Below are positions 41,001 through 48,643 of a stretch of 64,000 nt of DNA, piece after piece. The notes beneath the pieces are model-generated. The model was not told where the DNA came from and did not search any database. It saw only the letters and a program-made list of their open reading frames with translations. The stretch is from a virus (taxonomy: Duplodnaviria; Heunggongvirae; Uroviricota; Caudoviricetes). Each line of letters opens with the position of its first letter. Within the stretch, counting starts at the first letter, position 1. The position numbers and the translations under genes are program-made. The stretch is taken from positions 1 to 64,000 of IMG/VR virus record IMGVR_UViG_3300047560_002175. One strand, written 5' to 3'.

Positions 41001-41210
41001 CCAGTTATGCAAGCATTTGGTTATAAGGCAAATGATTGTGCATATAGTGTAAATGGTGATGTTGCAGAAGAAGATACTGTAGCAACTATTCCAACTACAA
41101 TTGCTGAAATGGTAATCGGAGGCGCAGGCGCACAATATATCGAAAGAATTGCGTATTATCCACGTAGGTTAACTAACTTGGAAATTCGTTCACTCACATC
41201 AACTCTATAA
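29085..41210 (+). CDS. Giant (4041 aa) tail-fibre-like structural protein with repeated internal modules and a C-terminal LamG/ConA-like lectin-type domain
   Basis: N-terminal GNDGTGDSIREAFSKVNDNFSEIY (phage fibre N-terminal motif). At least 7 copies of a C.RD.gyv.DA...Dl.yGG..QS..AG..F module. Three copies of a YYVK...FTLSATSGG.ALGNFG module. Two GSGY..P..T repeats. C-terminal WGAQLEDGAFATSYIPT. Confidence 0.7.
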   Translation: MAKKIIEIGVQGNDGTGDSIREAFSKVNDNFSEIYAVFKSEGKINFSDLSDGCTYISDQLITASHDGTTLIARDLVPGNGIFISATSSAITIEAQAASLSNDLKPEISAPFNANKFAIGRLSDPSEDLVDLFNLVYDIPTTLDELPVTVGYANRRYAQLTESGVIGVLENGVIVPSPIQTRAEPTTPDITNPLYDPTLTGNYLSTEVLPRKDVVYRGGDKMTGALILNDHPGAMAGTVGAMFDSDLQAATAFYVDNKTFTSNVNLYVSAASGDDLQLRTPAGKEGRYWNYAFKSIGAALLHAESLINLASQEPGPYKQRISYTLGADQTFSTVQRVRLTGGESTTPGYVAAFNLLQANRSFIQSETISYINKKYVNKFSYNKTLFSNRIEFLIKAVCDDLLLGATDPDTSVPGTNYRSIRSAVKYLHDDPYLEQSIQWLSAIEFIRNQIIEFTYDGPALQDYTTQLVTALCYDLIFSSNYQSIQAGIAFKNAGTKVSAEQLGSMLTIKPINILSVTVNGGVVTLNFLTQSSAFLLNSEILIDAVFTNVDDETNEIIIKPSETVNNVTTITSVTIDSASTVSSVSFRKGGYPFINDGTYTVTGSFDRKNLINLLLLTPGITTYPSSAVDITANATIVRDIVLTGTIPEPVMPTPNNPPAGYNVLGHVHAKSLLLDNISFIQAEVVAYLSSEFPDVSYNRELCLRDVKYIIWSLAYDLTYGGNSQSVYAGKKYWNNSTNFIIASEKTACVSVINYINTLAQAVIINSATTTTYQQSVRQYRNDTLTNGNVASASIASNVATIAAIVTSLSNVPAIINPSVTTGLAEMQTIFDRITADIGNYTDDTKSTSTIWYLDSYFPVIKTLTDKDKINNLFDQIISIVSGGVYPSVVPVYPIVTIPTPVNVNVTDAWIVQATGLLDQTAINTIAQSTNSYIASVYTTITYNSTTLQNDIKDLLFAAIYDLKYGGTLASFDVATTFTLLGSNVNTQKTIVQAAIDHAWSLTNTLLVGNITGDTSNHTVNKLREKFTFASSYFSNNPPIQGDDITVSLFSTTTYDNATKLRTLILNSLSTISNDTLTYIDSVFKGGFTYDESLCYRDLGLIIDAMSIDLITGGTYQSINAGKSFYKNSSARAVSIGTQYTQSFDGIMFAQSVALQVLNKQLKNRYQLLPQITQFATTNPSNLTYISTGELPTDSIGVTGDRSLPVSQNAIDTFVANMLRLTDIIQYGISVAATPSFGSGIWNLLIDNGGRGYVDQGSPSNNDLFPAKVIVGVGTSSIAASNAYGSIVTYTYGSDISGAPLVLGDVDTLQVRLTKPGFFKSAYTLVDLNWSFVGTTVTVTKANHTITQGTRIIVNFAQFFGSGSNAPIGTWIVSAVTTNTFSFVTSLAPIGTSTLMTVTVQVGEQIEFGETVRDLQLTMFIESGIYYEDYPLRVSSNISIKGDEFRRTIIRPKDRISQSPWRKIFFYRDAIVDALEVGLIDYTGTNYAPSGITASLDGVTNKIVVTLSGNFQAPLSWVGKVFADTNTTNGNAKRGKAVVDSVSGNTINCTVIYPFSVSGLYAAGSWKLFGTINYGRHYLTNPLDVTSTAKNNKDIDVLLCNEGTRIVGVTFQGHGGFAMVLDPEGNIKTKSPYIQECASFTQSNNYKRFAGGQYIDGFAGRLYGNIIGVSNDGITVTVQGETNSGLDIRPPQPPCSFYVRGKRYQIDDIVSFDATTATVVLTLDKTTPYLHTTSGVLTYDDVKAKRDIGYVLDAIASDAALGTTYRSVHAGRSFLKIYSSRLVGDLQDLTIAGINKALELSNTTLSGSTYSSIRTQYATNIAIITSMISNGVNATPTIVWSTSSTADDNLARNIIQNNKAFIKSEISAYIAQYFTLGDYPRYNVLTSERDVGYVLDAMTYDMFYGGDSQTKDSAEAFFYNNTSYIPDENVICSAAYTRLKAVLAAVVAGSPVVVSSGNSVSQILTNPPASSAGYVTKLNTLSDIVIDYIADGSYSSPRTSARTYPLLPVGTTGTTAYNLFFDTGTNPATKTTAETTIETSVSTFLKNGANLRINIEAGGNRSMLGNDFAMFNDLAYGILATNGAFTEQVCTFTYYAHTGLWANNGSNLRGVGCSNTFGNYGMRASGYDVTELPDSTNLANHMIQTARVYKQGIVANEMIPTATVPAIAVWIIGYDYIPTNGSIMEINHSVNSGTINSYTVTSAEYTTIQFANQTVLKLNLNTTDTGSGSGLSKELYDGQMVSIRSLKNVKFNNVDNVKPTRPSTALQYVDNLNDVYRIIAYNLTESTGDMLGDNIAILQSDNSFAYYNFTTDPKSIIIGDPDSSIYTTVALNGGATTSTSLTVTSATGILQGHIISGVGFTGQIITNINGNVLTLSSAPNATPYGTVYFSFKTQGSKVGDTKIAVDQVSQLRIIDQINKGTYITAWNGRLHRVLRYVTPTFAVSKTYASYNSGTSTMVVTGSAGSITAGMLVIKRNATTEALEFTGTVVSATVVGLTTEVVISTPNQVVTPLTQGPVTFGVTANGYIELSPNAFINNAANGVSVNAMTYLSSDFQVDSITAKVVTFDIPFSKDNLLPKVDSYLTFAGNSNASYNGEYQITRVINQTLVTLSTITDFVVGMVVTSQVTTQFITNSGGVSTFTSTANHNMVLNDPVTVNVSSNMNGLVQSTTYYVKTIPTSTSFTLSATSGGTALGNFGIVVSAGVVIISIATNLGVSTFTTNTSHGLVSGNTFAPNISTNSFVAGTTYYVKDVTSNTFTLSATSGGLALGNFGTTNVISSSVSFKTPQTAIIPGGSAIIQSVSSDPLVKTIVISPAAWVPANSPIRASLAASVMSISITSGGSGYTSAPSLTIEGGSPTQRATATCTIVNGEINEVRVIIKGSGYVSIPSVTVTPAVGNIPTSTAVLSVNLSTAVLRDATSTTGVSTIQMSALYPTDPGTFGTVTSITVSAETTTTTTYNSVSGYSMAYTVSSGSTKPANDTWCKVEGNSNALYNGFFQVISTASTTITLFSPLNPGIYGTGTTTITSTPTNGTSTSLGISKPFSTKDGYTFNIGYAANTFAQVTTRISTCRATGHDFCDIGTGGYSTTNIPYSIYGEPALSRQVSHETLDESVGRCFYVSTNQDGIFRVGKFFSVDQGTGVVTLSSKTALSNIEAFGFSGGGAVVNEFSTDSTLTDNSSNKVPVESAVRGYIDKRLGIDHGGSPLPFLSIIGPGFVPLNGSAKMTGDLVLGGNGITGVRSPISSSDVVTKGYLEQSLLAHNSLNELDDVTLTTPSNGQSIFYDSVSAKWRNAVFSGDVSVLVRPSTTLDNVIVSRGTASGIDSEFTCDANVGLFVGQQVTFSGTYSGSGLINGYTNPSTYFIIATNGTTTFQLSTVKGGVAVTATAGTLGLTVTVPLMSIAIGSGRIVNSMISSAAKIDQSKLSLNLAGTSTTTGGTLGVASFSSYQFSVDANGWVTLANSSSETTGTTLTKLQHVPAKTVLSNLTDGSTNVVANSASEVVRVGEGIQLGSFTSVGVMTVTSVLNSKPTGFAVVGITTTGEGSKIVKTGTSGGIDVAELLIDGYSVLDVDATPVGGAASAIVQFKTPGNYTFLTATGNNTVNNPSVISVAGTLDVTGTNSSIKCSSLSTGSTGTEGTLTGAWKLASGSSLDFSAGFVTSSSAGLTSSDLNTITRPALILDFANSKTLDPRISFTRNSIGTYTNAQGLLVTASVHQARFDFNPTTGVSKGLLIEEQRTNVLCGSASFAISGGTNQWVDSSISRGVGSTSPAGTATITFTASAGNATIISNAVASGTSYRTFSIWLKREAGTGDIQYTLNNGATWTTQAITSTLTRYSWSASVTNASVGIRIVTSGNSITMWGAQLEDGAFATSYIPTTTAAVIRRADVAIVNGTNFSRWYRQAEGTFVLTHAALGIDAVANSYNGVKVQSTDLTASMEIRCGSTGTGLLYDVKGLTNTGTTQFDFIGYSTLTVNTPVMQAFGYKANDCAYSVNGDVAEEDTVATIPTTIAEMVIGGAGAQYIERIAYYPRRLTNLEIRSLTSTL

Positions 41211-41220
41211 GGAATAAACA

Positions 41221-43272
41221 ATGAGTAGTTTTATAGGTAATAAACCAAATCAAGTACCAACAAATGGTGATCTGGGAAGATTAGCATTTATGGATTTTAT
41301 AGGCATGGAGGACATTGGGTCCTCCATCCCAACTATTGTATCTGCATCTAACATTTATCCACAAGTAAAGATATCTTATGTTAGTGGAACTGTTACAATT
41401 GATACAATAACTCCTCCTCAGGATTTAATAAATGGTGGACAAATAACGTTAATACCAACTGGAGTATTTGCATTAAGCACTTCTGGAAATATTGCACTTG
41501 CAATCAACTCTGAAATTTCAAAAGCAATTATTTTGACATATGATTCAGTTGTTGCAAAATGGTATCCAAGTTATACTAATACAGTTAATAATTTAACACT
41601 AAATGGTACTGCAAATTCTACTATTACACTTGGAACAGGTGGTACCGTTGCATACACAAAAGATAAATTATCAGTATTTGCGCAAACAACTGCATCAGAA
41701 TTTGCCAGTGTTATTTCAGATGGATCAACCGGTTCCGGTAAAATAGTATTGGCAACAAGTCCAACATTAGTAACACCTGTATTAGGTGCTGCAACTGCAA
41801 CTTCGATTAATAAAATTGCACTTACTGCAGTGGCTACTGGATCTACAATTACACTTGCAGATCAAAAAACATTAACCGTAAATAACACCGTAACACTTAC
41901 TGGTACTGATGCATCAACCATTACATTTGGGACAGGCGGTACCGTTACTTATACATCTAATAAATTATCAGTATTTGCTGCAACAACTTCATCTGAATTA
42001 GCTGGTGTTATTTCAGATGAAACTGGATCTGGTTTATTAGTGTTTAATACAAGTCCAACATTAGTAACACCTGCATTAGGTGCTGCAACTGCAACTTCAA
42101 TTAATAAAATTGCACTTACTGCGGTAGCTACTGGGTCTACAATTACACTTGCAGATCAAAAAACATTAACTGTAAATAATACAGTAACACTTACTGGTAC
42201 TGATGCATCAACCATTACATTTGGGACAGGCGGTACAGTTGCATATACATCTAATAAATTATCAGTATTTGCTGCAACAAGCTCATCTGAATTAGCCGGT
42301 GTTATTTCAGATGAAACTGGATTTAGTACAACTGGTTTACTGATGTTTAATAACAATCCAACAGTAGTTACTGGAATAGTTGCTGATGCAGCATCAACTA
42401 CATTTAATTTAATCAATACTGTTTCAACAACGGTAAATGCATTTGGTGCAGCAACAACATTAAATGTTGGATATACTGGTACAGGTGTAGCATCAACTAC
42501 AAATATTTCAACAGGAGCATTAGCTGGATCATTTATTAAAACAGTTAACTTAGGAACCGGCGCTGCTTCTGGATCAACTACTAATATTAATATTGGTTCA
42601 AATATTGCCGGAACTACAGCAATTAATAGTCCAACTATTTCTACATTAAGTGCTACTCTTGATTTATTTACAACAACTGTTGGAACTGTTAATTTTGGTA
42701 GTGTAGCCACTACTATGGGTATAGGATATACTGGTACTGCAGCATCTACACTTAATATTTCAACAGGCGCAGTTACAACTGGTACAACAAAAACAATCAA
42801 TATAGGAACAGGTGGAGCTGCAAGTTCTACTACAACTATGAATATTGGAACAAGTGCAGGCGCATCTAATGTAACAATTGGGTCAACTGTATCTGGTACA
42901 ACTACTGTTAATTACAATTTAGATGTATTGCAGAACATTACAGCTCGTCAAAATGTTACAGCATATTTTAGTTCTGATAGAAGATTAAAAGAAAACATCA
43001 CACCTATTGAAAACCCATTAGATAAGTTGTTAACATTATCAGGAAATACATTTAAGTGGTCTGATGAATACTATGCAACACAAAATCAAGAAATGGTTAA
43101 ACAATATGATGTTGGGGTTATTGCTCAAGAAGTATTAGAAGTATTGCCAGAAGCAGTACATGAGCGTGATTCTGGAATGTTAGCAGTTGATTATACAAAA
43201 TTAATACCATTATTAATTGAATGTATTAAGGCTCAACAAAAACAGATTGATAATTTATTAGCAAAGGAGTAA
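41221..43272 (+). CDS. Tail fibre/spike protein with a C-terminal intramolecular-chaperone auto-proteolytic domain (peptidase S74-like)
   Basis: C-terminal SSDRRLKENITPIENP...GNTFKWSDE motif (S-D-x-R-x-K-x-N-I). Internal 90-aa repeats. Confidence 0.8.
   Translation: MSSFIGNKPNQVPTNGDLGRLAFMDFIGMEDIGSSIPTIVSASNIYPQVKISYVSGTVTIDTITPPQDLINGGQITLIPTGVFALSTSGNIALAINSEISKAIILTYDSVVAKWYPSYTNTVNNLTLNGTANSTITLGTGGTVAYTKDKLSVFAQTTASEFASVISDGSTGSGKIVLATSPTLVTPVLGAATATSINKIALTAVATGSTITLADQKTLTVNNTVTLTGTDASTITFGTGGTVTYTSNKLSVFAATTSSELAGVISDETGSGLLVFNTSPTLVTPALGAATATSINKIALTAVATGSTITLADQKTLTVNNTVTLTGTDASTITFGTGGTVAYTSNKLSVFAATSSSELAGVISDETGFSTTGLLMFNNNPTVVTGIVADAASTTFNLINTVSTTVNAFGAATTLNVGYTGTGVASTTNISTGALAGSFIKTVNLGTGAASGSTTNINIGSNIAGTTAINSPTISTLSATLDLFTTTVGTVNFGSVATTMGIGYTGTAASTLNISTGAVTTGTTKTINIGTGGAASSTTTMNIGTSAGASNVTIGSTVSGTTTVNYNLDVLQNITARQNVTAYFSSDRRLKENITPIENPLDKLLTLSGNTFKWSDEYYATQNQEMVKQYDVGVIAQEVLEVLPEAVHERDSGMLAVDYTKLIPLLIECIKAQQKQIDNLLAKE
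41671..42330. repeat. Near-identical ~270-bp direct repeats (about 2.5 copies) inside the fibre gene
   Basis: Repeated protein segment LTAVATGSTITLADQKTLTVNNTVTLTGTDASTITFGTGGTV with nearly identical DNA. Confidence 0.7.
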
Positions 43273-43275
43273 TAC

Positions 43276-46200
43276 ATGACACTACCATTAAGCAATAATG
43301 CTATATCAATGGGACAAGTTAACACTGAATTAAACTTAGCAGCCAATGCACAAATATCATTAAATGATCCTGCAGTTCGTACATTACTTGCAAAAACAGG
43401 TGATAAGACAACCATTTCGTTAGCAGACGGTTGGGGTAAATCTAACATTGGAGCTGTAACAAATCTTGCAGTTACAAATGGATCAGTTACTGTTATGTCA
43501 GCTACTGTTACATGGACTACACCTGCAACAGGAACTATAACAAAATATGAAATTTATGCAAAAGATGCAAATAATGTAGTTAAAGGTTTAATAACAATTA
43601 ATGCACCATTTTCTCCAATACCAACATCTGCAACAGTAACTGGTATGGCGTCAAATACTGCATATACCATTTATGTTACTACGTCAAACACATCGTCAAG
43701 TGCAACTGCAAGTGCAACTGTTCCGGTAACAACATTAGCATACAACTTCCCATTTACTACAGTTTCCAATGTAAATCCAAATACAGTTACATCATCAACT
43801 GTGGTTTCAGTTGGTGGATTACCAGTAAATCAAATTGTTACAGTTTCGGTCTCAGGTAGTGCTGGCGCACAATTTGCTGCAGCAAGCACACAAGCTGGTG
43901 CAACTTCATTTACGTCAACTTCTGGATTATACACAGCATCATCAAGTGGTATATTATATGTTGCTGCTCGAGTCACTTCAGGAACATTTTTAGCTGATGC
44001 AACTGCAACTGTTACAGTTGGTGATGGCAGTAGTACATTCACTGCAACTACACGAGCAGCTGATATATCTCCATCAAACACAGTGCCAATTATAATTCCA
44101 GCAAAAATAGATGTTCCTATCAATTCAGCAGTAACGTCAGAACAGTTTACAATTACTGGATTAGAACCAAATTATACTGGATTAGTAATTAGTGCATCGG
44201 CTGGCGCAACATTTGTTGCAGGTCCAACTAGTGGATCGTTACCGTCAGTTTATGTAAATTCTGGGACATTTACAGTTGGCGCAGACACTAACATTTATAT
44301 TAAAGCAAGAGTAACATCGAGCTCATTATTTGGAGCTGATGTAACTGGAACTTATACTATTGGATCAGGTACAGCCACATTTAAAGCTACAACAACTTCA
44401 AATGCATTTACTATTCCTGCAAAAACTGGACAGGCAATTAATACATTAATTACTTCAGATTCAATACTTGTTACTGGTCTTGAATATTCTACAAGTTATC
44501 AAGTATCAGTTGCAAATGGGTCTGGTTCTACAGGTGCAGCTTATGAAGCAGTTACTGGTACAGGTACGTTAACAGGAACATTTACATCATCTACTACATC
44601 AGTAACATCATCTGCTGTAGGTGAAATAAGAGTACAAGTAAGAGTTCAATCAAGTACACAAGGTTCTACAACAACTAGTGCTACATTATCAATTGGATCT
44701 TATAAGTCAGGTACATTTAGTGTAACAACACCAGTTCCTGATACAAGTCCAACATTTGGATCAACTTTTGCAGCTATTACAAACGTTCCGTTAGGTTCGT
44801 TAATTTTAGCAGCAGAATCTCCAATAACAGTAACCAGTTTAGAACCAAATTATAATATTCCAGTTAGTGTTACTGGTGGGTATTATTATATATCATCATC
44901 AACATTTACACCAGGTAATGTAACATTTATTAATACCGACTCAACAGTTACAACACCGACCGGTACATTGTATCTTGGTCTTAAAGCATCTGCTAACTCG
45001 TCTTCGTTTTTAACTGATTCGACTGCAACTGTAACTATAGGTTCGGGATCAACTTCGTTTAAAGTTACAACTACAACAGGAACATTTTCATTTACAACAG
45101 CTTCAAATCTTAATATAAGCACATCTTCAACTTCAAATGTTATAGCAGTAAATGGTTTACCATATCCGGGTACTGTTACAGTTAGTATACCAAACGCTGA
45201 TGCTAAAGTTGATGCAGGTACAACAACATCAATGAGCGGAACATATGAGTTTATTAAGAGTAATGTTTCTACTGTACAAGACGGAACTGGCGGTAAGGTT
45301 TATTTAGCAATCCGAGGAACATCGAGTGATTTATTCTCAACTACCGTTACATATACTGCCAGCATAGCATACACGCAAGGAACAAAATCTGGTACTTATA
45401 GTATTGGAACAAGAGCAGCAGTTACACAACCATCGACTCAATTTACATTTACAGATTTAACTGGACAGGCAAGATCTTCAACAATTACATCTAGTCAGAT
45501 TTCAATTACTGTAGAACCTAATTATACTCACACTATCACTGCTACTACAAATACTGGTACAACTGTAGGAGTTGATGCAGGTACAACTACATCAATGAGT
45601 GGTTCTTATGGTACATCAAAATCAGTAACAACTGATGGAACTGGTGTAATTTATATAACGGCATCGGTACAAACAGGTACTGCATATTCGACTGCATATA
45701 ATTGTACAATAACCGTTGGCACAATGTCTGATACTTTTACAGCAACAACTCTTGTACAGATTATTATTCCAGGATCAATCACATTGGGATTTAGTGGCAC
45801 TACATCAAGTTCAACTACAATGACTATTTCAGCTGGAAGCGGAAGTGCACCTGATTCATATTATTATGAAAGATACACAGATGCTGCATATACTGCTAAT
45901 AAGTTTACTGGAACAAGTCAAAGTTCAAATAGTTTTTCAGTTAGCTTACCAAGTTCAAACACTACTTATTATATTAAAGGTTTTGCAACTAATACTGCAG
46001 GAACAGGTTCAGGAACAGGTTCAGTTACATCAGCTGCAGCAGCACCAACAAGTGCTTCGATAGCATTTTCGTCAATTGCTGAAACATCTGCAACATTAAC
46101 TGTTACATCGACTGGTGCAACAACATGGGGTTATCAGCAATATACTGATGCAAATTATAATGTAGCAGTCGGAAGTACTGTATCAAGTAATGCTACAAAT

Positions 46201-48642
46201 AGTTTTGGGTTGTCAAGTTTAACAGGTGCAACTTATTATTATTTTAAAGGGTATGGTTCAAATACTGGTGGATCATCACCGTATTCAGCAGGACAATCAG
46301 TTTTAACAGTTCCTGGGTCAGTATCGGTGACTGCATCAACTCCAGTTTGGAATGCAGCTAGTTCAGTTTACACTTATACTATTAGTCTTTCGTATACCGG
46401 AACGGTTTCATCGTGGATAGCATATAGAGGACAAAATCCAAATTTAACTGCACCAACCGCACTTGGTACTGGAATTTTACCAAGTTCGTCATTTTCTGCA
46501 ACATCAGCTGTAAGTACAACTACATATTATTCAGGAAAGGCAACTAATGCATCTGGAACATCTGCGTCATATGGGCCAACTATATCAGTAACAGTTGGAG
46601 CTGCTCCAATTACTGCACCATCTAGTGCATCAATTGCATCTTCGTCAATTACTGAAACTACGTTAACATTGACTATTACATCTACTAATGCTACAACTTG
46701 GGGTTATCAAGAATATACTAACTCAAATTATAACGTAGCAGTTGGAAATGCTGTATCAAGTACGTCTACAAATAGCTTTGGTGTAACAGGTCGTACTGGT
46801 GGTTCTACATATTATTATGCAGGTTTTGGTTCAAATGCATCGGGAACATCGCCGTATTCTACAGGAATATCAGTATTAATGAAACCAAGTACACCAACAT
46901 TAACAGTTAGTAGTACACCATCCTGGAATGCAACTACATCAAAATATGATTATAGTACAACTTATTCTGGAGGTGGAACAACAGTTTCTAGTTATAAATT
47001 GTATCAAGGAACTTCAACAAGTGATTCTAATCCTACATTGTTAGGATCTAGTATTGTTGCGGTAGGTGTGACAGCTTCTACTAGCATGTACCTTAGGGCA
47101 ACTGCAGTTAACACTTCAGGTGAGTCTAGTGCAACTGGGTATGCTACTATAACTGCACCAGCAGCACCAATAACACCAGCAGCTCCAACAATAACGTTTA
47201 CAGCAGGAACTGGTACAGGAGTTACAGTAACTATTTCAAGTACAAATGCAACCGCATACAAATATAGTTACGCAACAACTACACCGTCATCTGCATCAAC
47301 TGATAGCAATGGCACTGTTACAATAGCTAATGGTACACTGTCAACTAACACAACGTATTATTTCGTTGCAATTGCAATAAGAACTGCAGGTGGTGTAACT
47401 ACACAATCAGCACTATCAAGTGCATATTCATATGCAACACCAGCACCGGCAGTTGGTACTGCATCTATTACTATATCTGATGTAGGTATAAGAAGTATTA
47501 AAGGAACAGTTTCTGCAACCAATGCAACTTACTACTATACACAAAATTACGATCCATATGCAGTCGGTGTTTGGCCAACTCCAAGATATAGACCATCAAG
47601 TTCATCACAATGGACCACTAGTACTGCATTTTCTCAAAACATACCTAGCGGACAAGCTATGTATGTATTAGCAATTAATTATAAATCTGGGTTTAATCCA
47701 TATTCATCGACTGACGGATGGACAGGTGTAAATTCATTTTCAGAAGGATATTCGTCTGGAACTGTTACACTAGTAGCATCTACTGGAACATACAATTCTC
47801 CTTCAACATCTACTGCGTCATTAGCAATACCATGGGATGTTGTTAAAATTAGAATCAGTGCAACCGGCGGCGGCGGTGGAGGCGGTGGTGCTAACTCAGT
47901 TAATAATGACGGTACTGGAGGTGCAGGTGGTGGATCACCGACATTGGCTGCAACATTTAATAAACCATCAGGCCAAACACACTTACTGATTTCAGTAGGC
48001 GGTGGCGGATACAGTGGTAACGGCGGTGGTTATACAAGTGGAAGTGGCACTGGCGGTAATGGTGGTATTGGTATATCTGGATATGCAGGTGGTGCAGGTG
48101 GCACTAAAGGCGGCACTGGAGTTTCAGGTGGTGGCGGTGGCGGTGGCGGCGCTTCTGTAGTTTCTACATACCCTAATAGCTATACATTAATAGTAGTAGG
48201 CGGTGGCGGTGGCGGACTCGGTGGTACATATCAATATAAAAGCAACATACCAATCGGTGGTGTAGTAACATCGTATTCGGGTAAAACTGACTATTCGGGA
48301 ATGGTTAATGGTACTGCCGGTGCAACACCAATTGCAACCGTTAACGGTGGTGGCGGTGGCGGTGGCGCCGGACCAGGCGGAGCAGGTGGGGTTGCTGGTA
48401 AAGACAGTGTAAATCTACCCGGAATAGGCGGTGCAAGTGCAGTATATTATAACAGTACTTATTATGTCGGGTCTGGTGCAACTTGGACTGCAGCACCTAC
48501 TGCACTTGTAACATCAACGTCTACTGATGCACCAGGTACCGGTGGTAAAGGTGGAACTTCATTTAGTAATACTAATTATATTGCAGCTGATTCATGGGCT
48601 GGATCTGCCGGACAGGTAACTTATACATTCTATGATGTATAA
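43276..48642 (+). CDS. Large (1788 aa) Ser/Thr-rich structural protein with FN3-like repeats and a poly-Gly-rich C-terminal domain
   Basis: Repeated ...TW.Y..YT..NY...G...S...N.F...T..TYYY.K... modules. C-terminal GGGGGGGGAN...GGGGYSGNGGGYTSGSGTGGNGG tracts. Confidence 0.6.
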   Translation: MTLPLSNNAISMGQVNTELNLAANAQISLNDPAVRTLLAKTGDKTTISLADGWGKSNIGAVTNLAVTNGSVTVMSATVTWTTPATGTITKYEIYAKDANNVVKGLITINAPFSPIPTSATVTGMASNTAYTIYVTTSNTSSSATASATVPVTTLAYNFPFTTVSNVNPNTVTSSTVVSVGGLPVNQIVTVSVSGSAGAQFAAASTQAGATSFTSTSGLYTASSSGILYVAARVTSGTFLADATATVTVGDGSSTFTATTRAADISPSNTVPIIIPAKIDVPINSAVTSEQFTITGLEPNYTGLVISASAGATFVAGPTSGSLPSVYVNSGTFTVGADTNIYIKARVTSSSLFGADVTGTYTIGSGTATFKATTTSNAFTIPAKTGQAINTLITSDSILVTGLEYSTSYQVSVANGSGSTGAAYEAVTGTGTLTGTFTSSTTSVTSSAVGEIRVQVRVQSSTQGSTTTSATLSIGSYKSGTFSVTTPVPDTSPTFGSTFAAITNVPLGSLILAAESPITVTSLEPNYNIPVSVTGGYYYISSSTFTPGNVTFINTDSTVTTPTGTLYLGLKASANSSSFLTDSTATVTIGSGSTSFKVTTTTGTFSFTTASNLNISTSSTSNVIAVNGLPYPGTVTVSIPNADAKVDAGTTTSMSGTYEFIKSNVSTVQDGTGGKVYLAIRGTSSDLFSTTVTYTASIAYTQGTKSGTYSIGTRAAVTQPSTQFTFTDLTGQARSSTITSSQISITVEPNYTHTITATTNTGTTVGVDAGTTTSMSGSYGTSKSVTTDGTGVIYITASVQTGTAYSTAYNCTITVGTMSDTFTATTLVQIIIPGSITLGFSGTTSSSTTMTISAGSGSAPDSYYYERYTDAAYTANKFTGTSQSSNSFSVSLPSSNTTYYIKGFATNTAGTGSGTGSVTSAAAAPTSASIAFSSIAETSATLTVTSTGATTWGYQQYTDANYNVAVGSTVSSNATNSFGLSSLTGATYYYFKGYGSNTGGSSPYSAGQSVLTVPGSVSVTASTPVWNAASSVYTYTISLSYTGTVSSWIAYRGQNPNLTAPTALGTGILPSSSFSATSAVSTTTYYSGKATNASGTSASYGPTISVTVGAAPITAPSSASIASSSITETTLTLTITSTNATTWGYQEYTNSNYNVAVGNAVSSTSTNSFGVTGRTGGSTYYYAGFGSNASGTSPYSTGISVLMKPSTPTLTVSSTPSWNATTSKYDYSTTYSGGGTTVSSYKLYQGTSTSDSNPTLLGSSIVAVGVTASTSMYLRATAVNTSGESSATGYATITAPAAPITPAAPTITFTAGTGTGVTVTISSTNATAYKYSYATTTPSSASTDSNGTVTIANGTLSTNTTYYFVAIAIRTAGGVTTQSALSSAYSYATPAPAVGTASITISDVGIRSIKGTVSATNATYYYTQNYDPYAVGVWPTPRYRPSSSSQWTTSTAFSQNIPSGQAMYVLAINYKSGFNPYSSTDGWTGVNSFSEGYSSGTVTLVASTGTYNSPSTSTASLAIPWDVVKIRISATGGGGGGGGANSVNNDGTGGAGGGSPTLAATFNKPSGQTHLLISVGGGGYSGNGGGYTSGSGTGGNGGIGISGYAGGAGGTKGGTGVSGGGGGGGGASVVSTYPNSYTLIVVGGGGGGLGGTYQYKSNIPIGGVVTSYSGKTDYSGMVNGTAGATPIATVNGGGGGGGAGPGGAGGVAGKDSVNLPGIGGASAVYYNSTYYVGSGATWTAAPTALVTSTSTDAPGTGGKGGTSFSNTNYIAADSWAGSAGQVTYTFYDV

Positions 48643-48643
48643 G

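Noticed and set aside
47860-48400. Low-complexity ggtggcggtggcgg stretch that might be taken for a tandem DNA repeat or a CRISPR-like array.
   Set aside because: It sits in frame inside the 1788-aa ORF and encodes the poly-Gly domain. It has no regular repeat-spacer periodicity.
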